Positions 55,491 through 64,000 of a DNA stretch of 64,000 bases are shown here, in pieces. Source of the DNA: Mariniblastus sp. (GTDB lineage: Bacteria; Planctomycetota; Planctomycetia; Pirellulales; Pirellulaceae); NCBI GenBank assembly GCA_023300235.1, contig JALZWN010000034.1:33514-97513 (forward strand), written 5' to 3'. Under the pieces are notes generated by a model, which was given only the letters and a program-made list of their open reading frames with translations, ran no database searches and was not told the origin of the DNA. The translations under genes were made by a program, and so were the position numbers. The first letter of the stretch is position 1. The number at the start of each line of letters is the position of its first letter.

Positions 55491-57551
55491 TTAGCTTGGC
55501 AAAATCAATTTCGACTCTGATTTCGGATCTGCTGGTGCCGGTGGTGCCCCCGTCAACTGATCCATTGGCATCGCTTCGTCCAACAAACCTCGCTCGGACA
55601 GAATTCGCGTGAATTCGAACTTCACTTCTTCGTCGCTCGAATAACCACCGATCTCAGAAACGATTTCCCGAGCCCGCTCGACGTTCTGCAGTTCTAACTG
55701 CACTTCGAATTCGTGGCACAAAGCGAGCCCCGCTTCGCGTCGGTCACCGGATACGTCCGCCGCTTCCTTCGCTCGCACGACCAAAGCCAGTGTCTCGTCG
55801 AGACTATTTCCACACTTCGACAACGACCTCAGCTTCGGCGCATCCAAACTCTTGTTGCGATCCTCTCGCTTGAGGTACTCGCCAATTGCAGTGGCCGCCA
55901 TATTGGCATCATTGCAACCAAACCCAGCCATCTCCAACTGCTGGATCTCGTCCAAACTCGCTTTGCTCAAATCGACAGCGCGACTTCGCAGGGGCGACGT
56001 CAACGCAGCAAAGTCGCTTGGCTCGACCGGCCCCAACGGCGGCAACTCAAGCTTCTCCAACATCTCTTCAAACACACCTTGCGGGGCAAAACGTGACTTT
56101 GAATTCGAAACCAAAATCAACAACCGAGCGTAAACCAAATTCCGCAACTCGGGTTGCTTGGCCGCTTCGCGAATCGACAACGTATGATCTGCATCGAGCT
56201 GCAAGTCCAACACTTCGTTCAAGAAACCCCGACGACGATGCTCCAGCAACAAACGATCCGCTTTGACAGGCTCAAGATCCATCGGCAACAAAGCTTGCGT
56301 CAACAACAACACATCCTGAGCAACGCTTTCCTCATGCACAACCTCTTGCACCGGCCCGCTCAGCTCGACATCGATTCGCTTCAGCACCTCCTTGACCTGA
56401 TCAATCCGACTCGTGCTCACCCACAGCTCCATCCGAGCTGGCCGGTCGGTTTGCTTGCCGTAGATTTCGGCGTTACCAATCCGCAACGCAATGTCATCAA
56501 CCGACAACGAATCTGATTTTTTCGCAACCGGCTTGTTCAAAACCGCAAAACCATGCTTGGGCGGTGGCGAACCATCGGGCAGCGAAGCCGGAGTCTCAAC
56601 CGGTTCAAAGATCTTACTTCCGATCAATTTCTCGGAAACCTCCGCTACATCGTCAAGCTCGTACCGCAGCACAACAATCGGATCCTTAGACGCCCAAGAG
56701 TCATCATGAACATAAGCAAACGCCAACGCCTCAGCCGCAAACGCGCTGTTCAACTCCGGCCAATTCGCGTAAGCCCGCCAAGCATCACCGGCATCTTCAT
56801 GAGCCAACATTGTTTTAACCACGGCCACCGCTCGCAACACAATCGGATCAGCCGGGAAGTCACTTTCAGCTTTTACCAAATACTGCAACGCTCGACGAAA
56901 CTGCCCTCGCGCGATCGCTCGCGTGGCGTTCGAATAAAACTTCTCCCACTCGGCGCCCTCGGGAGCATCCTCCAGCACTTCGGCTTGAAACAGAAACGAA
57001 AAGAACGACCATTCCTGCAGCAAGGACAAGTACATTTCCGAAACTTCGCTGTCCTGGTCGCCTCGCAGCCGACTCGCGAACTGCAGATGAGCCAAACCAG
57101 CGAACACGTTGCCACGGTCCACCAACGCGCCGGCCAAAACCTTGAACACGTTACTGACAGCCACCGGAATTTCGTCACTCTTATTGACGTCCATCGCGTC
57201 TTGCAAAGAATTGACCGCGTCATCCAGACGCCCCTCGAACAACTCGATCAACGCCAAGTGCTGCATGCCCATTGAGTGGCTTGGCGATTGCTCGCGAAAC
57301 TCAGCATTGGTTGCTTTGGCTGCTTTGATGTCGTTGGCCGAAATCAAAATATGCGTTTTAATAACTTGCAGGCAGTCTCTTTGTCCGCGCTTGTCAGCCG
57401 TTCGCTCAAGTTGATCAAGAGCGGCTTGGACTTGGCCGCCGGCGTTTTTTTTGAGAATGTCGTTAAGCTCGTTGATGACGTCTTTGCCACAACAAAACTT
57501 GATCTTATTGCCGCTCTGGCAAGGGCAAAGATGGTAGGCGTCGATATCCAC
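55491..57551 (-). CDS. Large helical-repeat protein with N-terminal SEC-C metal-binding motif
   Basis: 'CPCQSGNKIKFCCG' at residues 9-22. The remainder is TPR-like/helical. Confidence 0.65.
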   Translation of the reverse strand: MDIDAYHLCPCQSGNKIKFCCGKDVINELNDILKKNAGGQVQAALDQLERTADKRGQRDCLQVIKTHILISANDIKAAKATNAEFREQSPSHSMGMQHLALIELFEGRLDDAVNSLQDAMDVNKSDEIPVAVSNVFKVLAGALVDRGNVFAGLAHLQFASRLRGDQDSEVSEMYLSLLQEWSFFSFLFQAEVLEDAPEGAEWEKFYSNATRAIARGQFRRALQYLVKAESDFPADPIVLRAVAVVKTMLAHEDAGDAWRAYANWPELNSAFAAEALAFAYVHDDSWASKDPIVVLRYELDDVAEVSEKLIGSKIFEPVETPASLPDGSPPPKHGFAVLNKPVAKKSDSLSVDDIALRIGNAEIYGKQTDRPARMELWVSTSRIDQVKEVLKRIDVELSGPVQEVVHEESVAQDVLLLTQALLPMDLEPVKADRLLLEHRRRGFLNEVLDLQLDADHTLSIREAAKQPELRNLVYARLLILVSNSKSRFAPQGVFEEMLEKLELPPLGPVEPSDFAALTSPLRSRAVDLSKASLDEIQQLEMAGFGCNDANMAATAIGEYLKREDRNKSLDAPKLRSLSKCGNSLDETLALVVRAKEAADVSGDRREAGLALCHEFEVQLELQNVERAREIVSEIGGYSSDEEVKFEFTRILSERGLLDEAMPMDQLTGAPPAPADPKSESKLILPS

Positions 57552-57763
57552 TTGTTGAACTCCACAACCGAAATCGATATGTAATAAAAACCAAACAATA
57601 ACCAGCCGCGTTTTGGCTTTGCGTGCGATACGAGTTATTGGAGGGATGGATGTATGGTAAGATGCCGCGGCTCTGATTGGATCGGCGATTGTTTAACAAA
57701 CCAATCCGGCCCAGCACTACTAAATAATCTACGTCATTCAGCCGGCCTAGGTAACCCTGCAAC

Positions 57764-59524
57764 GTGCCATTCTCAAATTCAAATCACGTGAATTCAAAAA
57801 AAAAACCCGACAGCGGCTCGATCAAACCTTGGCGTCTCGACCATATTCAAAACATTGGCCATGCCCTCACCGAAACCGCCAAGCGTTTGCCCGACCAAAT
57901 TGCCGTCGCCTGCCCAAGCTCGCCTCGACCAACCAAGCTTAGGGCCCAACCGGGACAAAAACTGGCTTACGATCAAATTACTTTCGCGGAACTAGAGGAC
58001 CGCTCTAATCGAATCGCCGCCAAACTTCGCGAAGCTGGCATTGTACCTGGCATGCGAACCGCGTTAATGGTTCCCCCAGGAATCGATTTCGTGGCTCACG
58101 TTTTTGCTCTTTATAAAACCAATGCCGTGACGATTTTGATCGATCCCGGCATGGGCCGAAAGAACATGATCGGCTGCCTCGCCGCCGCCAAGCCTGCCGC
58201 GATGGTCGGAATCCGCAAAGCCCACCTAGCTCGCCTAGTGTTTCGGAAAAAACTCGGCGCTTGCAAAATCAATTTCTCCACTGACGGTTGGTTCCCCGGC
58301 TGCCAACGCACCGACCAATTGCAAACCAGCCAACTCCCCGACGCCCAACAAATCGTCGCCGGCAACGGATGCGACCGCGAATCACCCGCGGCAATCATCT
58401 TCACCACCGGCAGCACCGGCCCGCCCAAAGGCGTGCTCTACCGGCACCGCAACTTCATCGAACAGGCTCAACAAATCCGTGATTACTTTTCGCTCCAACC
58501 GGGCGCGGTGGATGTTTCGGGGTTCCCGTTGTTTGCTTTGTTTAATACCGCAATGGGTTCGACAACGGTATTCCCTGCCATGGACGCCACCAAACCCGCC
58601 GAAATTTATCCGCCAAACTTAATCGACGCCGCCGAACAATTCTCCGCGACCCAATCGTTTGGCTCGCCCGCGTTATGGAATACCGTTTCCAACTACTGCG
58701 TGGCCAACCATGTCAAACTGCCTAAGATCAAAAGCGTCTTCACCGCCGGCGCGCCGGCTCCGCCCGACGTACTGCGCCGAGTCAAATCAGTGATCGCGGA
58801 CGATGGAGACGTTTACACTCCTTACGGTGCCACCGAAGCACTGCCGGTGGCCTGCAATGCCGCGTCGGTCGTCATCAGCGAAACCGCCGCTAAAACCAAC
58901 GACGGCCAAGGCACTTGCGTCGGGCATAAGTTTAGCGAGATCCAATGGCAAGTGATCGAGATCTCTGACGAACCAATTGAAACAATCGACCAGATAATCC
59001 CCGTCGCCGCTGGCGAAATCGGCGAACTGATCGTCAGCGGCCCCGTCGTCACCGACCAATACGTGACTCGGATCGAAGCCAACGCGGACCACAAAGTCCG
59101 CGACGGCGATTCATTTTGGCACCGCATGGGAGATGTCGGCTACTTGGACGATCAAGATCGGTTTTGGTTTTGTGGTCGCAAGGGCCATCGAGTCCGCACG
59201 GCCGAAGGGACGATGTTTACGATCCCTTGCGAAGCGATTTCCAATGTGAACCCAAAGATCTATCGTAGTGCCTTAGTCGGCACTGGAACCACCGGCAGCG
59301 AAAAACCTGTGATGATCATCGAACCGCTGCCGAACGCCTGGCCAACCACACCGGCGGACTCGCAAGCCTTGATCGAAGAGATCAAACAACAGCTTGCCGA
59401 CCACCCAAAGACGTCATCCATCAAAGATGTTTTACTGCGACAAAAACTGCCTGTCGACATCCGTCACAACTCCAAGATCTTCCGCGAGCAACTCAAACCC
59501 TGGGCCGAACAACAGCTCGGTTAG
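57764..59524 (+). CDS. AMP-dependent synthetase/ligase (fatty-acyl-AMP/CoA ligase family, possibly OleC-like)
   Basis: 'IIFTTGSTGPPKGV', 'TPYGATEAL', 'GDVGYLDDQDRFWFCGRK', 'LIDPGMGRKN'. GTG start; the exact start is uncertain. Confidence 0.85.
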   Translation: MPFSNSNHVNSKKKPDSGSIKPWRLDHIQNIGHALTETAKRLPDQIAVACPSSPRPTKLRAQPGQKLAYDQITFAELEDRSNRIAAKLREAGIVPGMRTALMVPPGIDFVAHVFALYKTNAVTILIDPGMGRKNMIGCLAAAKPAAMVGIRKAHLARLVFRKKLGACKINFSTDGWFPGCQRTDQLQTSQLPDAQQIVAGNGCDRESPAAIIFTTGSTGPPKGVLYRHRNFIEQAQQIRDYFSLQPGAVDVSGFPLFALFNTAMGSTTVFPAMDATKPAEIYPPNLIDAAEQFSATQSFGSPALWNTVSNYCVANHVKLPKIKSVFTAGAPAPPDVLRRVKSVIADDGDVYTPYGATEALPVACNAASVVISETAAKTNDGQGTCVGHKFSEIQWQVIEISDEPIETIDQIIPVAAGEIGELIVSGPVVTDQYVTRIEANADHKVRDGDSFWHRMGDVGYLDDQDRFWFCGRKGHRVRTAEGTMFTIPCEAISNVNPKIYRSALVGTGTTGSEKPVMIIEPLPNAWPTTPADSQALIEEIKQQLADHPKTSSIKDVLLRQKLPVDIRHNSKIFREQLKPWAEQQLG

Positions 59525-59686
59525 CAACGCACCTGTGGCGATTGTGATGGACGTTTCATGGGCTTATTGTCGGCCTGTTGATTCCTAAGGCCGGCAACTG
59601 AATCAAGGCTAACCCCGATGACAAAAAAAGGTCACCTGGGTTTATTGTGGACCTGGCAAGTGTTCCAAGCGTTTCACCATGGGTTA

Positions 59687-59808
59687 GGTGCCATGCTTCA
59701 CGCCTTTGAGGGCGAGGGTGCCGCCTGAATGTTGGCATGCTACGCGGCGGATGTGCTCTTGGAAAAAACCCGTGAGCATGTTTTCCAAAAGGGGCTTTCT
59801 AGAATTAG
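59687..59808 (+). repeat. Copy 2 of the ~122-nt conserved structured element
   Basis: Aligns with the reverse complement of 3471-3594. Internal stem CATGCTTCACG / CGTGAGCATG is followed by TTTT. Confidence 0.6.
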
Positions 59809-59906
59809 TCCTTTTCTGATCGCTTAAACATGACAACCTCACGCGGTAAAGCTACATCGGAGCCAAATGGCTGCTTATTAAGTCACTCACAATAAACCCC
59901 GATGGC

Positions 59907-59945
59907 AAAAAAAACGGTCAGTTGATTCTCAATCAACTGACCGTT
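59907..59945 (-). terminator. Rho-independent terminator after the 59975-61417 gene
   Basis: On the minus strand: ACGGTCAGTTGAT / ATCAACTGACCGT 13-bp perfect stem followed by T8. Confidence 0.8.
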
Positions 59946-59974
59946 CCTATGTGAGCTTGCGATCTAACAGCGAG

Positions 59975-61417
59975 TTAGTCCCACCACCACTGACCGGGCT
60001 TGAGGCCAGACAGGTCAATCTCGTCACGAATTTCGTTCAACTTCCCATCTGTGTCGACAGTGACATGATCAGAATTCAAAGCGATCTTTGCTTGGATCGC
60101 AACGCCACCAGCGATCGGTGACATGAACTTGCCATTTTTCCAATAAGCGTTGGCAATTGGAGCAACGTGGGTGGCCGCTGGGTACTTTTCAACCGGATAA
60201 AGACTCTCGTCTCCTAGCACTCCAAGCGACCAGTTAGCTTTGCTGTAGAAATCCATTTTTTGAATGAATGCTGCGGCAATCGACAAGTCGATCACGTTGC
60301 GGAGTTCAGCCCAAATAGGAGTTTGTTCGGCAAGCTTTGCATAAGTAGTAGTGAAGCTATTAGTAAATGCTCGGCTGGCACTACTGGTTTTACCAGTTCC
60401 TTTACGCTGCCCTTGGGCACTGACGGTTTCGCCTTCGCCAACTAGCTTTACTCCTTCGCCAGCAATCTCTAGGGCGGTGTCATTGTCGTTGATGGTGACG
60501 CAATCGTAATCAGGTTGGAAGAACCACCTTTGGAGTGCGTTACCACGACTGGTCGGATTGGCCTTGGCAACAAACGAAATGATTCCAGGAACCGCGGGAC
60601 GCTCAAGTCCTAAGCCGATCAGTTTCATGCGATAGTCCGCTTCGACCAAAATCCGAGCAAAATCCGTTGCAGGAGAAATGCCAGCTACCTTAACGGTTTG
60701 AAGCCCCAGTGAATCTTTGTAGGATTGAACGACTTGGTTTTCAATGCCTGGGCCGAACTGACCAGCACTTGCTCGTCGCTGCCACTCTTTAACAACGCCT
60801 CTGAAGCGAACGAGGCCTTCTTGAGTCGGATCGATCGAGCATGTGATCATGCTTGCCTGTTTTGAGTCGGGAGCAAACGCTCTTAAGGCAACGATCAAGT
60901 CTTCCAACTTCAATGTAGCGCGGCCAGAGTTCATGCCGACGACAAAGTTGTTGCCGCTGAAAAAGAAACCTTCTGCCGGACCAGCAATGACAATGTCTTT
61001 GCTTTCTGGGTAGAAGAAAACGTGACTGATTTTTGTTAAGCCAGCCAAATACCGAAAGTCAGCCGGGACCGACTTTCCGGCTGCAACCAGTTGGGCAACT
61101 TCAGCTTCCAAGCGGTTAAGTGAAACTTTACGAAGTGGGCTGATTTTTTGCAGGTCTTGGTTTAATGCAACCTTGGCTGCATTGAAACGCTGAGCGTTTA
61201 GCTGGCGGGCGTTGTTGGGAATCGCGCGGCGGGCAAGCAGCCCATTCGAATCAATCAACACTCCACCGACGATGGGGTCGTCAACGTCAGTGTCGCCGCC
61301 GATTGGATTTCCGTCCTCGTCAACAACAATCTGCCCCACACCGACTGCAGCCATCGACAAGGCAAATACGCAAACTAGTGCGAATTTGGTTAACAGCAAT
61401 CTGTTAAATTCCAACAT
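59975..61417 (-). CDS. Secreted hypothetical protein (480 aa)
   Basis: Signal peptide 'LLLTKFALVCVFALSMAAVGVG', coding-like composition, own terminator. The family is not recognisable from sequence alone. Confidence 0.7.
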   Translation of the reverse strand: MLEFNRLLLTKFALVCVFALSMAAVGVGQIVVDEDGNPIGGDTDVDDPIVGGVLIDSNGLLARRAIPNNARQLNAQRFNAAKVALNQDLQKISPLRKVSLNRLEAEVAQLVAAGKSVPADFRYLAGLTKISHVFFYPESKDIVIAGPAEGFFFSGNNFVVGMNSGRATLKLEDLIVALRAFAPDSKQASMITCSIDPTQEGLVRFRGVVKEWQRRASAGQFGPGIENQVVQSYKDSLGLQTVKVAGISPATDFARILVEADYRMKLIGLGLERPAVPGIISFVAKANPTSRGNALQRWFFQPDYDCVTINDNDTALEIAGEGVKLVGEGETVSAQGQRKGTGKTSSASRAFTNSFTTTYAKLAEQTPIWAELRNVIDLSIAAAFIQKMDFYSKANWSLGVLGDESLYPVEKYPAATHVAPIANAYWKNGKFMSPIAGGVAIQAKIALNSDHVTVDTDGKLNEIRDEIDLSGLKPGQWWWD

Positions 61418-61909
61418 AACATCTCCGATTATTTAGTTAATCTAACGTTGGAGCACATCGCTTGCCCAAGCTGTCCAAGTTGGAGTTAACCGATTTTCAT
61501 TTACATCTAATATAAAATGTTAGCTACGGCACCAAGAAGAGCAATAGCATTCCGCCACTACAACACGCTTTCATCTTGGGATTTCCCGGCACGCGGCACG
61601 AATATCTAACGGCAATGCCCTAAAGTCACTACCGGGCAAGTAACCTGATTGACGTCGCGTCTGCTGGCTTACGAGGGCCTCACTAGGCCAAACCATCGAG
61701 GCGATGATAGCTTGCATCTGCCGGCGATGCCTCTGAGATTCGATCAAGTTATTTGTTAATCCGATGCAGGCCCAAGCTGAATTTTGAAAGCGGTCGACCG
61801 TTTCGGAGTCGACGTCGTCCGGTTGCCCGTATCGCACCGCCGGAGTTGAGGATCGTAAGTGGGGGCTCGTCAGCCAGCAATCGAGCGTCCGTGAATTTAC
61901 CCCCACCGC

Positions 61910-62515
61910 TCACGCGCCTTTTTTAAAACTCTCAATCCACCCCGGCAACCGCTCCACCGGCAAGCCCACCACGTTGGACTCCAAGCCCGACTGCACGTGT
62001 AGCCAGTCCAGCCCGTCTTGATACCCAAACGCCCCGGCCTTACCAACCCAGCTATCCGAATCCAAAATCCCTTCCAACTGCTCGCTCGACAAATCGTCCA
62101 TTTTCAAAACCGTTTGCTCCAAAAAACAAACGCGACGATTCGAAGGACAATCCCACAGACAAACTCCCGTCAGCACGCGATGAGCCTTTCCGCTCATCAA
62201 CCGCAGCATCCGCTCCGCGTGATCGCGATCGACAGGCTTGCCCAGCACCTCGCCACGACACTCCGCCACCGTATCGGCCGCCAAGATCAACCCCTCTGAG
62301 ACTCCCTTCGCGATCGCCCGAGCCTTCAAAAACGCCCCCTCCAACACCGTATCCTCTGGCGAGCAACTGCTACAAATCCCACGTTCGACCTCATCGCTGG
62401 GCGCGATCACCTTAAAATCGTAGCCCGCATCGGTTAACAACTGCCGTCGGCGAGGAGACTGACTGGCGAGAATCAACGAAGTTCCTAAACTATCAACGGG
62501 CGACAACGGACACAT
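61910..62515 (-). CDS. maf: Maf-family nucleoside triphosphate pyrophosphatase
   Basis: 'LILASQSPRRRQLL', 'LAADTV', 'GKAGAFGYQD'. Confidence 0.85.
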   Translation of the reverse strand: MCPLSPVDSLGTSLILASQSPRRRQLLTDAGYDFKVIAPSDEVERGICSSCSPEDTVLEGAFLKARAIAKGVSEGLILAADTVAECRGEVLGKPVDRDHAERMLRLMSGKAHRVLTGVCLWDCPSNRRVCFLEQTVLKMDDLSSEQLEGILDSDSWVGKAGAFGYQDGLDWLHVQSGLESNVVGLPVERLPGWIESFKKGA

Positions 62516-62561
62516 CCAATCTTAACGGGGCAGGGTAGGCTACTTTGAAAAACTGCATTCT

Positions 62562-63284
62562 ATGAATTCTAGCGGCAACAACCAGATCGAAGTGCTCTTC
62601 GAAGACAACCATTTACTGGTCGTCAACAAACCAGCCTTGCTACCGACGATGGGCGTCAAAGCCGGCGATGACAGTCTCTACCGCCGTGCCGCGGAGTATT
62701 TAAAGATTAAATACAACAAACCCGGCAACGTCTACGTCGGCATCGTCAGCCGACTGGACGCTCACACCACCGGCGCGATCGTGCTGGCCCGGACATCCAA
62801 AGCCGCCTCCCGACTATCGGACCAACTCCGCCGTGGCACCATCGAAAAACGCTACCTCGCCCTGATTCCCGCCGGCCTGTCCCCCGCCAACGCCACGCTG
62901 ACGGACCGCCTGGTCAAAAACGAAAGCTTGCATCGGATGCAGGTCGTACCCGAAAACGCCGCCCCAGTTCCCAACGAAAAAGCTGCAGTGCTCAGCTACC
63001 AAACGATTGCCGAAAACGGCCAACACCAAGTACTCGACGTCGACCTGCAAACAGGACGCAAGCACCAGATACGTGTCCAACTAGAAAACTCAGGCTTCCC
63101 CATTTGGGGGGATCGCAAATACGGCAGCAGACATCGCTTCCCCGCCGGAATCGCTCTACACTGCCGTAGCCTTTCTTTTTTACATCCGACTAAAAAAGTC
63201 GTACAATCGGTTAATATTGCCCCACCAGCCTATTGGCCGACCGCGAACTTAAAAAAACTCGAATCATTTTTACAAGACCAGTAA
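62562..63284 (+). CDS. RluA-family pseudouridine synthase
   Basis: 'HLLVVNKPALLP', catalytic-Asp motif 'VSRLDAHTTGAIVLA', 'GRKHQIRVQL'. Confidence 0.9.
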   Translation: MNSSGNNQIEVLFEDNHLLVVNKPALLPTMGVKAGDDSLYRRAAEYLKIKYNKPGNVYVGIVSRLDAHTTGAIVLARTSKAASRLSDQLRRGTIEKRYLALIPAGLSPANATLTDRLVKNESLHRMQVVPENAAPVPNEKAAVLSYQTIAENGQHQVLDVDLQTGRKHQIRVQLENSGFPIWGDRKYGSRHRFPAGIALHCRSLSFLHPTKKVVQSVNIAPPAYWPTANLKKLESFLQDQ

Positions 63285-63356
63285 AACTACTGTAAGGATC
63301 ACTTAAGCTTTAACGACTCCTCATCCTCCTTAAACACAAAACACCCAGCACCGTCC

Positions 63357-64000
63357 ATGAGCCCTCGGCATAACTTTCAAGCGACTGCGATCAAAAGCAA
63401 ACTGGTCACCCAAGACCAAGTGGGCGATGCAATCAACTTGATTGTCAACTCCCGCGGAGGTGATCCAAGGCTCGCAACGGAGATCGACGACCGAGCGTTG
63501 GCGACGCAGCTGGTCGAAATGAAGATCTTGTCGACGTACCAAGCCGATCAGTTGATGACCGGGCGTTGGAAACTGAACCTAGGTCCGTACATCATCACCG
63601 GCTGGATCGGCCAAGGCGGGATGGGACAAGTCTTTAAAGCCGTCCATGAGATGCTTGGCCGCGAGTCGGCGGTGAAGGTTTTACCTCGACACAAATCAAC
63701 CGACGAAGCGATCGAAAGCTTCCGCCGCGAAATCCGCGCTCAAGCAAAACTCGACCACCCAAACTTGGTCCGGGCTTTCGACGCCGGTGAAGACGGCAAC
63801 GTTCATTACTTAGTGGTCGAATACGTACCGGGCACCGACCTGCGACGCTTGGTTCGAACCAAAGGCAAGCTGACGGTGCAACAAGCCGCCAACATCGTCA
63901 AACAATCCGCCGAAGGACTCAGCCATGCTCACCATCGCGGGCTCATCCACCGCGATATCAAACCGGGAAACATTTTGGTTACCCTCGACGGCGTGGCAAA
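63357..64000 (+). CDS. Ser/Thr protein kinase, N-terminal part; 3' end outside the window (absent from the ORF track because no stop is reached)
   Basis: My own translation from the ATG at 63357: '...GWIGQGGMGQVFKAVHE...AVKVL...HPNLVRAFD...YLVVEYVPG...GLIHRDIKPGNILV'. Confidence 0.85.
   Translation, partial: MSPRHNFQATAIKSKLVTQDQVGDAINLIVNSRGGDPRLATEIDDRALATQLVEMKILSTYQADQLMTGRWKLNLGPYIITGWIGQGGMGQVFKAVHEMLGRESAVKVLPRHKSTDEAIESFRREIRAQAKLDHPNLVRAFDAGEDGNVHYLVVEYVPGTDLRRLVRTKGKLTVQQAANIVKQSAEGLSHAHHRGLIHRDIKPGNILVTLDGVA

Noticed and set aside
56553-57275. 240-aa plus-strand ORF antisense to the SEC-C protein gene.
   Set aside because: It has the same shadow-ORF composition and no start context. 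The minus-strand ORF is far longer and contains the SEC-C motif.
61571-61906. 111-aa GTG-initiated minus-strand ORF immediately downstream of maf.
   Set aside because: It has no recognisable motif and an unusual composition (R/S/W/C-rich). It might be real, given its operon-like position, but I cannot support it from sequence alone.
1-64000. Window-wide scan for CRISPR arrays, rRNA genes, transposase/integrase genes, toxin-antitoxin pairs and recognisable defence-system ATPases or nucleases.
   Set aside because: None was seen. The only repeats are the short tandem, palindromic and dispersed elements listed above, and none has the regular repeat-spacer periodicity of a CRISPR array.

Overview
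The window is a 64-kb chromosomal segment. Its gene content suggests a Planctomycetota (Pirellula-like) genome: sulfatase, many FHA / Ser-Thr kinase / ECF-sigma proteins, PSP1, SEC-C and O-antigen-ligase-TPR fusions. That taxonomic call is an inference only. I support about 50 protein-coding genes, 2 tRNAs (Leu-UAA on the minus strand, Val-UAC on the plus strand), several intrinsic terminators and two near-consensus tRNA promoters.

Recognisable modules:
- an ABC-HlyD-TolC export operon at 5.1-10.4 kb
- nhaC, a PQQ-like beta-propeller gene and a sulfatase
- fliW and csrA
- a receiver domain translationally coupled to a chlorite-dismutase/HemQ-family gene
- an envelope-glycan cluster (SDR epimerase, O-antigen-ligase-TPR, WecA/MraY-like GT4)
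- a Ni-superoxide dismutase gene
- an FHA / ECF sigma / anti-sigma / TPR-lipoprotein cluster
- a gcvT-gcvH-gcvP-lipoate-ligase operon
- an FHA plus membrane Ser/Thr kinase pair
- a SEC-C / PSP1 / 2-hydroxyacid dehydrogenase operon
- an AMP-dependent ligase, maf, a RluA-family synthase, and a second kinase running off the right edge

I saw no rRNA, CRISPR array, transposase or integrase.

Most notable observations:
1. The ABC exporter's ATPase domain is degenerate at every catalytic motif, yet the reading frame is intact.
2. A roughly 122-nt conserved structured element is present twice, each time sense-oriented in the 3' region of a convergent gene.
3. A REP-like hairpin family has a conserved 24-bp stem and variable 16-nt loops.
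4. An AT-richer, ORF-poor 1.6-kb tract abuts the 3' end of tRNA-Leu and contains a 242-bp element bounded by about 45-bp inverted repeats.
5. Direct repeats sit next to tRNA-Val.
6. The Ni-SOD has a Sec-like presequence and no adjacent maturation protease.

No similarity searches or folding programs were run. All calls rest on motifs read from the supplied translations and on manual inspection of the DNA.
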